Part shown: positions 26,461 through 38,119 of the stretch, piece after piece
How the letters are laid out: every line of letters starts with the position of its first letter
Numbering within the stretch: the stretch's first letter is position 1
Assembly: GCA_030704615.1 (NCBI GenBank)
Contig: CM060732.1
Span: 8,122,001 to 8,186,000 of the forward strand
Direction: 5' to 3'
Source: Takakia lepidozioides
Lineage: Eukaryota > Plantae > Bryophyta
DNA: 64,000 nt
The notes under the pieces: generated by a model
The model's input: the letters and a program-made list of their open reading frames with translations, nothing else
Told to the model about the DNA's origin: nothing
Databases searched by the model: none
Translations under genes and position numbers: made by a program

Positions 26461-28266
26461 TTGCACATAACTCACTGTCTGATTGGCATGGCATCGTGCA
26501 GAAAACTGTGAAGTCCAAGCAGACAAGAACAGAGGCAAAAGGATCTGGAGATGGGGACGAGTCTGCCAAGAGCTCTGAGAATAGCGATGAAGCAGATGAA
26601 CCTGAAGTGCACTACCTTGACAAGGTGAATGAACTCATATCATTCCAGAAGGTAAACTCTCAGGAGGTTATTAGGGACATGCTCGTCTCTGGAGGGTGTC
26701 TGGACACCCCACTATGCCGGATGATATCTATGCCTGTTGTGCGTCCTCCTCTTTCCCATGACATTAAAAAATTGGAAACTGATTTCGTGCATGGATACAG
26801 ACTTGGTGCACAAGTTTTTTATGTGTCACTGACGGATACAAATGGAAAAAGCACATTAGTGTCTCCTGAGATCACAGATACCTGGGATGAGTGCAGGAAG
26901 GATGTTAATGAGGAGTTCGAATTGGGCCTCATGATGGGAAGAAACACCCAGCAATTCTGCAACCACATGTTCTACGTCTGGGACGGCAACCACCGATTGC
27001 TGGAATGGATGGGATACATTCAGAAACATCACATATGTGTGAAAGACAAAGACAAGCATGTTGCTGTAGAGGCAGTGGTTTTGGATCCTGGAAACGACAT
27101 CGCTAGGCTTCTTACACCTATGCACGACGTGAACAAGTAAGTCATCCTAGAGACTCCATTGCCTCTCCAATGTCTTGTTAATCCCACCAAAAAACGATGT
27201 TTACCAATGCATTGTTTCCAATCTTTTTGCAGATCGACAGAGAAATCGCATGTGACAACAAGCTTGGTCCACACACTGTTCCAAATTCAGAGGATTGGTC
27301 TGATGAAGCTCGATGATTTTCGCACAGTACTCCACCCCGATATAATCAAGAAGTGTGAAACAGGAAGAGCTGCAGGCACTTGGTATTCTTTGACTCAAGA
27401 GGCGTTTCTGGAGTACATGCATGCGGTAAGGCCGAGCCTGTACTCACTTGTCTTTCTGAATACATGTTTATATTTTGTTTTGTACTCATCCCTATTTTGA
27501 TCAATGCAACAAGAACTGGCAGAGGCAGCTGAGAAGGGGAAATCCGAATACTACCGCACTACAACAGAGGAACTTAGGACATCAAAGGGTGTGGAAGCAG
27601 CAATAAAGAAGGAGTATGAAATCCGCAGAACCAAACTGATGTCCGCCTTCTCAAAGCAGCTTAGAATAGTAGATCCTGGCCTTGGTGATGAGTTCTTTCT
27701 GCATATCAAATCTCACTATGACAAGCATGTACACCCGGAGATGCAGTAGGAGAAATTGCACCGTCTGGCCATCTCCATGGTCGACCCCCAAACCAAAATA
27801 AGATGGCTGGAGATTTGGAACTCAAATCAGACAGTGAAGGACTTGAATCAGTTCCCAAAGAGCACTATACAGCCTGGCACAAAGGTGGAAGGAATCAGTG
27901 ACATTGTGTTTGACAACTGGCTTCACAAAGCTACATTTTGGAGTCAGGTGTGTATTCAAAAAACTTCCATCTTTGTTGACTTCATGAATGTGATGAGTAC
28001 CTTATTTCCAAAACTGACAAATGTACCATTTGCAGCTGGAGAAGCGCGCAATCATTGTGCTCGAGCAGACTTTGAAGGACTTGAACATTTCTATTGTTTC
28101 CCCGCCTCAAATGACATCGGAGGCATACATAAGGAAGTTGAGAGGTCTCACCTGGAGATACTATTTTTTCCGAGAGTTCTCCAAGTTTGGTAACATTTTA
28201 CGGTCCAACGACTTCGACAGTCAAGTTGGGGGAGAGTGGACCGTGATGCGAGTTGTGTACAGGTGC

Positions 28267-28860
28267 AATGTCCTACTGAAAACTGTGTTGCCTCTTGTGA
28301 GAAATCGTTAGGCTTTGTTAGCAGTGTAATCACAGATCCAAAGTGAATGTCGGTGCCGACATTCACTTCTATGTTTGTGTCCTTCCAAAGCTAGAGATTG
28401 CATTCACCTGGATTATGAACTTAGGGTGTGTTTGCAGTGTCCTTGAATGGAATTTTGTGAATGTCGTTGACGACATTCACATCCAGAGCTGTTGTGAGCT
28501 CTTGAGATTTATTGTACGTTTTGTATGTTGAATGTCCTACTGGAAACTGTGTTGCCACTTGTGAGAAATCGTTAGGCTTTGTTAGCAGTGTAATCACAGA
28601 TCCAAAGTGATTGTCGGTGTCGACATTCACTCCTATGGCTGTGTCCTTCCAAAGCTAGAGATTGCATTCACCTGGATTAGGAACTAAGGGTGTGTTTGCA
28701 GTGTCCTTGAATGGAATTTTGTGAATGTCGTTGACGACATTCACATCCACAGCTGTTGTGAGCTCCTGAGATTTATTGTACGTTTTGTATGTTCCATTGA
28801 CTTTTTAGTGAGAGTTCCTCACTCGAGTTTTCTGAATGTCGTTGCCGACATTCACTTTCT
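28267..28860. repeat. About 264-bp tandem duplication carrying five palindromes (A/T)GTGAATGTCG(G/T)TG(C/A)CGACATTCAC(T/A), intronic in the accessory gene
   Basis: Palindromes near 28342, 28456, 28606, 28720 and 28832. The segment 28267-28530 is repeated at about 28531-28795. Confidence 0.8.
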
Positions 28861-30159
28861 TTGCAATGTGTTTTTACATTGATAGGTTTATTTCCAATAG
28901 GTTAGGGATATTTCCATGCAGAATATAAAGGGAAGCAAGTAGTTTAAAAATTGTCAACTCATTTCCTTCCTCGTTTTTTTCATTCTGTGCTAGTGGCATC
29001 ATTCTCACTTCGTGCTTTGGTGGGTTGGGTTTTGTCTCGTGTTTCATAGGTACACGAAATATGTGCTTATGGATGGAAATCACCTCAGCGGTATTCCAGA
29101 CTATCTTGACATGTGGTCGGACCCTGCAAACGATCCAACCATGTACACTGCAGGGATATTGAAGGACTGGAGTCCTTCTCACTTCAGAGACTGTGGTTGG
29201 TACCTAGACTGCCTACCTGAGCACACGACCTTTCAAGAGCAGCACATGAAAATATTTGAACAATAATGCTGAGATGCCGGTGCCTCTGGATGACGAGGAG
29301 TACCAAAGAAACATAGCAACATTGGCTGCCAAGGAGCCTGATGCTCAGGAAACGACGCAGAAGGGCAAGAAGGCGGGGCGCAAACCAAAAGACAAGGCTC
29401 CTGATGTCATAGCCAGGTCACCAGCAAAGCCAAAGGACAAAGACAAGTCCAAGGACAATCCCCCCCCCCCACCAACCTGTTCATGTCCTCCTGTCTGGTG
29501 CAGGAGCAACTTACCATGCATGCAAGGTAGGCGGAAGAAGCCTTTTTGGCATGGAGGGTGATTCTGACCTTTACAAGACAGTGCTCCTCCCCCTTTTGTC
29601 TGGCTCCACTTCAGGCACACAGACAGAGACGATTCAAATCCGAAATGATGACGATCCCGAGGATAAGCAGGTCGACAACGACTTTTCATGTGAGTAAGTC
29701 CTAAACCCACTTTGGAACCATATTCAATTTCTCGGACATCAAATTTACAGTAATAATTTTTTTCGGGTTGTGACTTGCAGGAAAGGCAGCGATGGATCTT
29801 CAGGAGATACCCCCATTTGTGGCGAGACTGTTTTTGACAGCCCCCTTTTCAATTTTCTGCTTCCTGTGTATGCCGAAGCAATGGCACTTCATGCGGCCGA
29901 GTCTCTATCCCCTGACTTTTTATTGCCCGGCCGCAGGTGTAGCCAGCGTAGATCCAGAGTTCTTAAATACTTAGACTTAGATGCAGAGGACGCAGGGATA
30001 CATTGTACTGACTCTGAGTCAGATTGAACTTTGTTCTTTTAATGTTCTGTTTCATCCTCTTCGGAAAACATTGAATCCCCTTACTCCACTGTAGTTGTTC
30101 CGGCAGATAAAAATATATATATCAAAGAATCCACTTTCATTAAAATGACAATATGTATG

Positions 30160-30485
30160 AATCCATCCCACAAACCCCACTCACTCTTGTCATATCCATT
30201 GTCCATTCATCTACTGTGTATTCATGCGTTCTCCATTCATGAATGTTTTCCATTATTCAACATCCATTGTACATTCATCCACTGTACTATGTAATCCACC
30301 CCACAAACCTACCACCTCATGTCATATACATTGTGCATTCATCTACAGTGTATTCATGCATCCTCCAGTCATGAATGTTTTCCATTATTCAACATCCATT
30401 ATACATTCATCCATTTTACTCTTACCCATCCCACATTCATCCATCTATTTATCATCCACTCTACATTCATCCATCCTTCATGCAT
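30160..30485. repeat. CATTCATCC-rich subterminal tandem duplication (about 130-bp unit)
   Basis: ccccacaaacc...cattcatctac..tgtattcatgc..catgaatgttttccattattcaacatccatt occurs twice. Similar low-complexity sequence lies at 14925-14990 and 16405-16500. Confidence 0.65.
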
Positions 30486-30725
30486 CTGTTGCTTTCAGGT
30501 GGGAATGACCACGTCTTTTTATTATGTCGTCCAACTTGTTTCCGCGGTAAAGGGTGCTCTTCCGCAGGAATACACTCCACTTCTTCCTTGGCGCGTGGTG
30601 ACGTGGCCTTCAAGCGCGATGACGTGGAGTGAGTCCCGTGATGTGGCATTGGCGGAAGGTGACATGGCGTGAGCGCAGTTGCGCTCACGCGACCAGGCTC
30701 ACGCCAAGGATCCCTGCCTTTCCTG

Positions 30726-30900
30726 CATCTGATGGAACCCGTGGGATCTCACATTTCAAAGGGAAACAAGTGGGAGTGTAGTTTTATGGTGACTAAGTGG
30801 GTCTATCAGCATCTCGTTTACATTTAGCGCAGCGTAGTGAGGAGCGAGCTATCAGCCGATCATCTCTTTGTGTTTCCTTTTTCTTTTTGCAAATATGAAG
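30726..30900 (+). mobile_element. Copia polypurine tract and start of the 3' LTR (right end not defined)
   Basis: aaagggaaacaagtgggag is followed by TG at 30777 and is colinear with the RNase H fragment once MULE-A is removed. Confidence 0.65.
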
Positions 30901-31909
30901 GTGGACAGTTTTGGTGAATGAGTAGGAGTCCAAAACCACATGCTCCAAACCATCCAAAACCACATGCACCTCTGTTCAAACATGTGTCTTCTGTTTTTGG
31001 CATTCACCTAGTTCCTTGTTAGCCAAGTTTCCTTGAAGCAGGCGCTTTAGTTGTTGTAGTAATACTTCTCTAGTGCTGACATCATAGAGTATGCATCAGT
31101 TTGTATGCACAGATGTGCTTACATTGTGTTTCTACATGAAGAATGTGATATGTGTGTACTCTAACTGTGTATTGTTTATTAGTGTTTCATGTTATCTTGC
31201 AAGGTGCAAGACAAAATGAGAGTGTAGGCTAAATGTTCTTCAATGCAACGTGATTATTGCTCAAATGGACGGCGGCCTGTCAGATAGAGTTGGGGCAAGG
31301 TGTTGTGAAGCTACTATGGGTTTTGGAAATCTTCCCCCCACGTGCGCCAAGGCATTTAGCTGTTGGGGCTGCTATCATCGCGAATTGGGCTCAACAGTTG
31401 GATGCATCCATCACCTGAGCAAATTGTAGTGCTTCTGGGCGTCTTGAATGAGGACTATCTCATTGACAGTGAGACGCCCAAGGGTGTTCGATGGCCTAGC
31501 TTTCCTTAACCAGACAATTTTTTGTTATCTTTAATGGTGGAGGCAAGATGTTGAGGTGTTGGGCTAGGTCAAAAAGAGAGAAGAAGACAATCCACATGAT
31601 TTCTCTGGGAAATGAATGACTTGCTGAGGACATGACTTCCGCGTGAGCGTGAGAGCTTACGTTCACGCGGAGGTGATGTGGCGTGAGCGTAGGCTCACAC
31701 CAGCTGATGTGGCGTGAGCGTGGGGTCGCGCTGACGTGGCGTGAGCGTGAGGTTGACGTGGCGTGGGCCTGCTGACGTGTCAATATCCGGCTGACGTGTC
31801 AATATCCGGCTGATGTGGCAATCATCAGAATAACGTGGCATTTGGACAACTTGCCAGATGCCAGGTCATCAGAAACATATAGCACCTATAGCCGAGGGGC
31901 CTATAGTGC

Positions 31910-34900
31910 TGGACATCCATCACAGGGCCAGTTTCTGCAACACTTCCCTGCCCACCTACCTGCCCTTGTGCTCCCTTCCCCCTACCCCTTCCTTTCCCCA
32001 CACCACCAGCAACATCCTTTCCCTTTGCCTTTCTACCTTTACCCGGGGTATCCTGAGCGGGAGGCTCCTTCTCTGCAAGAGTCCTCAAATTTCTATCATG
32101 AATGTCGAGGTCGGCTACTGCGGCGGTGGCTGCTATACGTTCATTCTCTCTCCTCAAAGACACCTCCTGAGCTGGGTTCTTAGAAGCAGGGCAATCCAAA
32201 TACCAACCACATGCAGAAAGATGGTCTGGGCCCCAGTCATGCAAGATCCCCGTAGTAAACATGGTCTGGTTGCCAGCAGGGACAAGCCAAAGGTCCACGA
32301 AATCAGGATGTTTGTCCAAGCAGTTCTCTGCCATGAGAACATACTTTATGTACCTGCAGGAACAGAGACAGCCTCATTATGCAATACAATTATTGTCTCT
32401 CATCTTTTCCACCACATCACGAAGACCCCCTAAAAGAGTATGCGGCACAATTCACTGCAACCACCGCACACAAAATAGCCTGAAGGGCCCAGGGTGTGCA
32501 CGTTGGTGTTACTACACACGGATAGAACAAATGAGTGTGCGGCACCTCAAACTCATATGAGCCAGGCCAAAACAGGTTGGATGGAGGAGAGAGTGTCTTT
32601 GCAAAACAAACAAGCACAGTCCATTTCGCACCTGTAAAGGCATCATTTCCAGGCTTCCTCTCCTTTCTCTTGCTGGTCAAGCTCATTTGTTTGACTGATG
32701 CCACCCTCCTTGCTGAACTCTCTGACGAAACAAGATTGCCACACTGTGGCTCTCCATTTCCTCATGTATGCTTGGAAGGAGACCTTCGGTGCTGTCATGG
32801 TGATGCCATAGTCAGCCAGCTGCGTATGTAGAACCGACCGGGCCCTTTCCTCCAACAGCAAAACAATTCAAAATGCAAGAATGAACCTAAAAACAATCAC
32901 AGCCAATGTAACATGGAAAGAGAATGACAGAAAAGTGAAAAGAAAGTGACACAACAAAGGACATCATACCTGGCTCCAGTAAGTGGCCTTGTGAAGCCAT
33001 GTGTCCATCACATTGTCATTGACAGGAATGACACGCTGGGTCTTCTTCTCTTTCTCTGGCCTGGGAAACATGTGGGTATCCCTAACAGTGGGATCGGAGT
33101 TCCATATCTGTAGCTACTTCACCTTCTGTTCTGAAGACACAACGGCGGTAGACAACCTGTGTAACTTCTCCTGGGCCATCTCCGGCTTGCCTGGCTTGTT
33201 GTAATGGTTTTTCACCTCTTGAAGAAACTGTGGTCCGAATGATGGGCAATTCTCAACTGCTTAACAAAAGCACTCATAATAGTCCTTCTTGTGGCGGTCA
33301 TCTCTTGCTTGATGTGACTCTCAACCCCCTTTGCTGTCCTTCTCTCCTCAGGGGTAGAGCTGTAGTATTCTAGTTTGCCACGTTGTCCTGCATCTGCAAT
33401 GTCTTGCTGCAAGGGAATGCACGAGAGTTGCATCAACCCAAGGGCAAGGAAAACACACAGAAACAAACATCTGGAAGCAAGATATCAAAAGGCCAGATGA
33501 TGGAAGATGTATCTCACCGCGTACATATACTCCATGAAAGCCTCACGGGTCATCGAGTACCATGTTTCTGATGTCTTGGAGCTTTCGCACTTCTTGTACG
33601 TCTCTGCTGAAAGGATGGTCTTCAAGTTGGTCAAGGGCATCTGCCTGATCCTTTGTATTCTGTACAGTGTGTGAACCAGACTCGTTCTCACACCAAAAAA
33701 CAAGGAAAAAAGAGGGCTCCAACAGTGTGCGTTGACGCACACTGTTTGAGCTGCCAGATAAGTGTGGATTGAACCTAACAGAGATGCCCTTTGTGGCCGA
33801 TTTTAACATGAAATAAAACAATGAGAAGGGGGGCTCAAACAGTGTACGTTGACGCACACTGTTTGAGCTTCAAAATAGGGGTGGATTGAACCAGACAGAG
33901 AGGCCTTGTGTGCACAATTTTCACACCAAAAAACAAGGCAAAAGGGGTGCTCAAACAGTGTGCATTGACGCACACTGTTTGAGCTGCCAGGTAAGTATGG
34001 ATTGAACCTGACAGAGATGCCCTTTGTGGCCGATTTTAACATGAAAAAATAATGTCAAGTGGGGGCTCAAACAGTGTGCGTCGTCGCACACTGTTTGAGC
34101 TTCCAAATAGGGGTGGAATGAACATTACAAAGAGGCCCCTGTGTGCACGATTCTCACATGAAAAAAACTATGACAAGGGGGGCTCAAACAGTGTGCGTTG
34201 ACGCACACTGTTCGAGCTTCGAAATAGGGGTGGATTGAACCAGACAGATAGGCCCTGTGTGCACGATTTTCACATGAAAAAAACTATGACAAGGGGGGCT
34301 CAAACAGTGTGCGTTGACGCACACTGTTTGAGCTGCTAGGTAAGTGTGGATTGAACCTAACAGAGATGCCCTTTGTGGCCGATTTTAACATGAAAAAACA
34401 ATGTCAAGTGGGGGCTCAAACAGTGTGCGTTGCCGTACACTCTTTGAGATTCTAAATAGGGGTGGAATGAACCTTACAAAGAGGCCCCTGTGTGCACGAT
34501 TCTCACATGAAAAAAACTATGACAAGGGGGGCTCAAACAGTGTGCGTTGACGCACACTGTTCGAGCTTCGAAATAGGGGTGGATTGAACCAGATAGATAG
34601 GCCCTGTGTGCACAATTTTCACATGAAAAAAACTATGACAAGGGGGGCTCAAACAGTGTGCGTTGACGCACACTGTTTGAGCTGCCAGGTAAGTGTGGAT
34701 TGAACCTGACAGAGATACCCTTTGTGGCAGATTTTAACATGAAAAAATAATGTCAAGTGGGGGCTCAAACAGTGTGCGTTGCCACACACTGTTTGAGATT
34801 CCAAATAGGGGTGGAATGAACCTTACAGAGAGGCCCTTGTGTGCACGATTTTCACATGAAAAAAACTATGACACGGGGGGCTCAAACAGTGTGCGTTGAC

Positions 34901-35926
34901 GCACACTGTTTGAGCTGCCAGGTAAGTGTGGATTGAACCTGACAGAGACGCCCTATATGGTCGATTTTAACATGAAAAAAACAATGAGAAGGGGGGCTCA
35001 AACAGTGTGCATTGACGCACACTGTTTGAGCTTCAAAATAGGGGTGGATTGAACCAGACAGATAGGCCATGTGTGCACAATTTTCACACCAAAAAACAAG
35101 GCAAAAGTGGGGCTCAAACAGTGTGCATTGCCACACATTGTTTGAGCTTTTAAATAGTGTTGGATTGAACTAGACAGAAAGGCCCGTTTGTGGCTGATTT
35201 TCGTATAAAAAAACAAGCACAAAGTTGGGGTTCAAGCAATGTGCGTTGCCGCACACTGTTTGAGCTTCTAAATACGGGTGGATTGAACCAGACAGAGATG
35301 TCGTATGTAGGCGATTTTCATATCAAAAGTCAAGCACAAATGGGGTCTCAAACTGTGTGCGTTGCCGCACACTGTTTGAGATTCCAATCAGTGGTGGATT
35401 GAACCAGACAGAGAGGCCCAAATTGGCCAATTTTCACATAAAAAATGAAGCACGAAGGTGGGTCTCAAACAGTGTGCATTGCCGCACTCTGTTTGAGCTT
35501 CCAAATAGGTGTGGACATCATTTGTACCTTTTTTTTTGCTGCTCCAGAAGACTCCCAAATCGCCAGAGACCCTTTGCGCTTCGGACTGCTTTCTACGCCG
35601 AGCATATTCTGGAGCAACTCCCCCATCCTCTTTTCCACTATCTACTTCTTCAAGAGGCCATCAGCAACATCATCTTCGGCGTCCGTCTCTCCCTCGGATG
35701 TAGTCTCCTCCTCACCTGTTCTTGGAAGTATGGCGGGTTACTGATCTTCTCCAAAATCCTGCTCTTCCATTGCCAAACTTTCCTCGTTGCCCTCTTCTTC
35801 CTCCTTTTCCTCTTCGTCTACTCTTTCCATCCTCATTCTATGTCTGGCTCTATTCCTGTCCCTAGTGCTCGTAAAATATAACAACTTCCTTCTCTTCCTC
35901 CTCCGGTGGAAACAAGGGCTCCCCAT
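31910..35926 (-). pseudogene. MULE-B accessory gene (homologue of 25058-30027); ParB-like exon apparently missing
   Basis: Exons QDIADAGQRGKLEYY..MSAFVKQLRI, LEERARSVL..FVREFSK and GILHDWGPDHLSACGWYLDC align with the MULE-A exons. Confidence 0.7.
33690..35510. repeat. Tandem array of 16 units of about 116-117 bp, each with the 34-bp hairpin CTCAAACAGTGTGCGT-TG-ACGCACACTGTTTGAG
   Basis: Cores near 33717, 33835, 33950, 34066, 34183, 34299, 34415, 34532, 34648, 34764, 34881, 34997, 35113, 35231, 35347 and 35464. Confidence 0.92.
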
Positions 35927-36746
35927 GCTGCCTCTAGAGCTCTCCAGTTTGACATTTGCAACAAGGGTTGCTTTGGCATGTAACCAAAATAAAAATTGGA
36001 CACTGTTAACTGTATTTGGATGCGGGTATCATCATTGTGTGCGAACGGAATTCATCCATTTCTGCGTCTTTGTATTATCCAAGAAAAAAGTGGTGGCACT
36101 TCCTATGCCGTTGCATGTACTTGTGATATATGTCCAGATGTACTTCACCGGCTGCCAATACATGGTAGTCTTCTTGCATTCTTTCAAATTCGGAAGTGCC
36201 GTCAAAATCTATTGCTAGTCCAATTTCGAGCAGTACTTGCAGATTCGTAATAATTGTGATGCTTCACATATGCATCCACGTATGTTGTACTGTCTACCTT
36301 GTGGTTTGCATTTTGCCGTCACCGTCGCAATGCGGTGATTCGGTATAAAGGTTTGTGTCGGCAATGGTGTTGTGTTGCACACATTTGTGCGAGGTGACCC
36401 CCGAAGTGTCAGTGTTTGTGCTGAGTTCTTCTGGCGGAGCACAACCTCATTAGATTCGGGGTTTCCTCTTTACTGGTCTCCAGCGTCGTTGCCGTCTTTC
36501 CATAATGGATGGTTTCATGTCATGTTCAGGGTTTTCTTTTCATCCAAATACAGTACGGCTTCTTGTGGCTTCTTGTCTTTGAAAACAGTTTTTTCTGGTT
36601 AGTGTCTCTCAGTGTGGCTGACTGAGGAGTTCGGTGCAGACTATCTCCGTGCATGTCATTATTACAAAAGATTGAAATCCCCAAAATCCGTTGCATACAT
36701 CGCCCGCAGTCATTGGGCATGACCTACCCTTATTCACCTCAGTTCG

Positions 36747-37191
36747 TTGGTGGTGGATCCCCTCTCGAGAATTACGGGCTATCAGTTTGGGGGACCCTTT
36801 GTGGATCGCAACTTTGGCTCAGAGTATGAAAACATATCCAGGGAGGGAGACAGACTTGCTAGATTTCATTCCAATGCAGATAGTCTTCTACTGACTGCCA
36901 CTGCAGATGACGATGGGTTTGCAGTTGTTCATGAAGATGAACTGGTTACAGTGTTCCCTTTGGAGATGGGTTCTCTGCTTGTTAAAAAAGAAGTGTATGA
37001 CGAGGATGGGAATTTGGATTCTGGGCACTTGCAGAAACCATTGCATGGCGAGTATGGGAGGAAGTGGAGAGTCCTTCCAGGCACTTACCGGGTCCTGGAA
37101 AAAGAGAGAAGACAATCAGCAAGATCAATAGTTACCCCTGGCACTGCAGCATCGGTCGTGCAGCAGAAGGGCACAGTTCATGTGAAACAAG
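36747..37191 (+). pseudogene. MULE-B transposase, 5' part (interrupted by Gypsy C)
   Basis: GSLLVKKEVYD..WRVLPG..VTPGTAASVV aligns with MULE-A 24384-23900. The frame VKQ|EVS is restored by joining to 59236. Confidence 0.82.
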
Positions 37192-37715
37192 TGTCGTGCG
37201 CATACATACCGCTACACAACTACATCGTTGTCCAAACCACACCACGCATATATGCACAATAAAGTAGTTTGCCACAATGATAAGAAACTAAGAACACACT
37301 GTTCACACAAGAAACATGAAATCCACCACCATCACTCTTTAAAATAGTAGTCAAGCGAGGGGCACCCCAAGCTATGGGGACTCCACCCCACAACAACCTA
37401 TCCTCCCTTCATAAGCACACTCAAATTCTGAACGATGAAGGAGCTCGGTCGTGCAGGCTCAACTCGAGAGAGATGAGCCACACGGCTGACGCTCTCATGA
37501 AGATAAGACGGTTCAGGTGTCAAACTAAACTTGACACCTGACTTAACACTTGAACTAAATCCAAGTGTTAAATACAAATAACTAGCTTTATTCTAGTTAG
37601 TTTCACACTGTGTTTATTTAACTTGACAGCTGTCGTGCGCATACATATCGCTACACAACTACATCGCTGTCCAAACCACACCACGCATATATGCACAATA
37701 AAGTAGTCTGCCACA
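37192..37715 (-). repeat. 3' terminal repeat block of Gypsy C: A(37631-37715)-gc-B(37278-37628)-t-A(37192-37276); PPT at 37716-37728
   Basis: Two 85-bp A copies flank a 351-bp B copy. In element sense, CTAGGGGGGCGAT immediately precedes the first A. Confidence 0.9.
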
Positions 37716-37984
37716 ATCGCCCCCCTAGTTGGTGGATAGGTCCCTCTAACTCCAGATAGCTACAAGATGTAATAGCCACAACCGTACTAAGTCCTTTATC
37801 ACTGTCCTTATTGTACTCAAACTCTTTAGACCAAGAGGACGGGTACAAGAGTAGCCCCATCATTAGTCGTCGTCTTGCAATCTGTGAACTTGAGCCAGGA
37901 TCTTGTGTGTTCAAGGTCTCCTTGTAGCTTGGCCTTGCGTTTCTTGTTAGCCTTCCATGGTTGTGTCCACTCCCACTATCCAAT

Positions 37985-38119
37985 GCAATGTGGACATAAC
38001 CAATCCCCATCCGGGACCATCTCAAGAGGTGGAGTCAAGCATCCCATATGCCAACCTCTAGAGCATCGATCACACACCAGCATGGTGGTTGCCCCTCTAG
38101 CAGACCCACACAACATGCA
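37985..38119 (-). other. PHD finger at the integrase C-terminus
   Basis: CMLC...LVCDRCSRGWHMGCLTPPLEMVPDGDWLCPHC is a canonical C4HC3 PHD finger. Confidence 0.92.

Larger units (their letters stand above)
25058..30027 (+). pseudogene. MULE-A accessory gene, multi-exon, divergent from the transposase; contains a ParB/Srx-like motif
   Basis: The exon at about 26502-27136 carries VRPPLSHDIKKL..F and FYVWDGNHRLLEW. Downstream exons align with the MULE-B accessory gene (e.g. TSLVHTLF/Y.IQRI, GILxDWxPxHxxxCGWYLDC). Confidence 0.7.
20085..30716 (-). mobile_element. MULE-A: full-length Mutator-like DNA transposon (about 10.6 kb), CA...TG termini, 9-bp TSD CCTTTCCTG
   Basis: CCTTTCCTG lies at 20076-20084 and 30717-30725. 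Both termini read CA-N9/10-GGCGTGAGCC as imperfect inverted repeats. Subterminal GCGTGAGC/TGACGTGGC repeats are present. Removing the element rejoins the copia RNase H to its PPT/LTR. Confidence 0.85.

Noticed and set aside
33690-35510. CRISPR array, or the short coding ORFs predicted across the array
   Set aside because: The sequence between the hairpins is itself repeated (tandem satellite), so the ORFs are by-products of the repeat.
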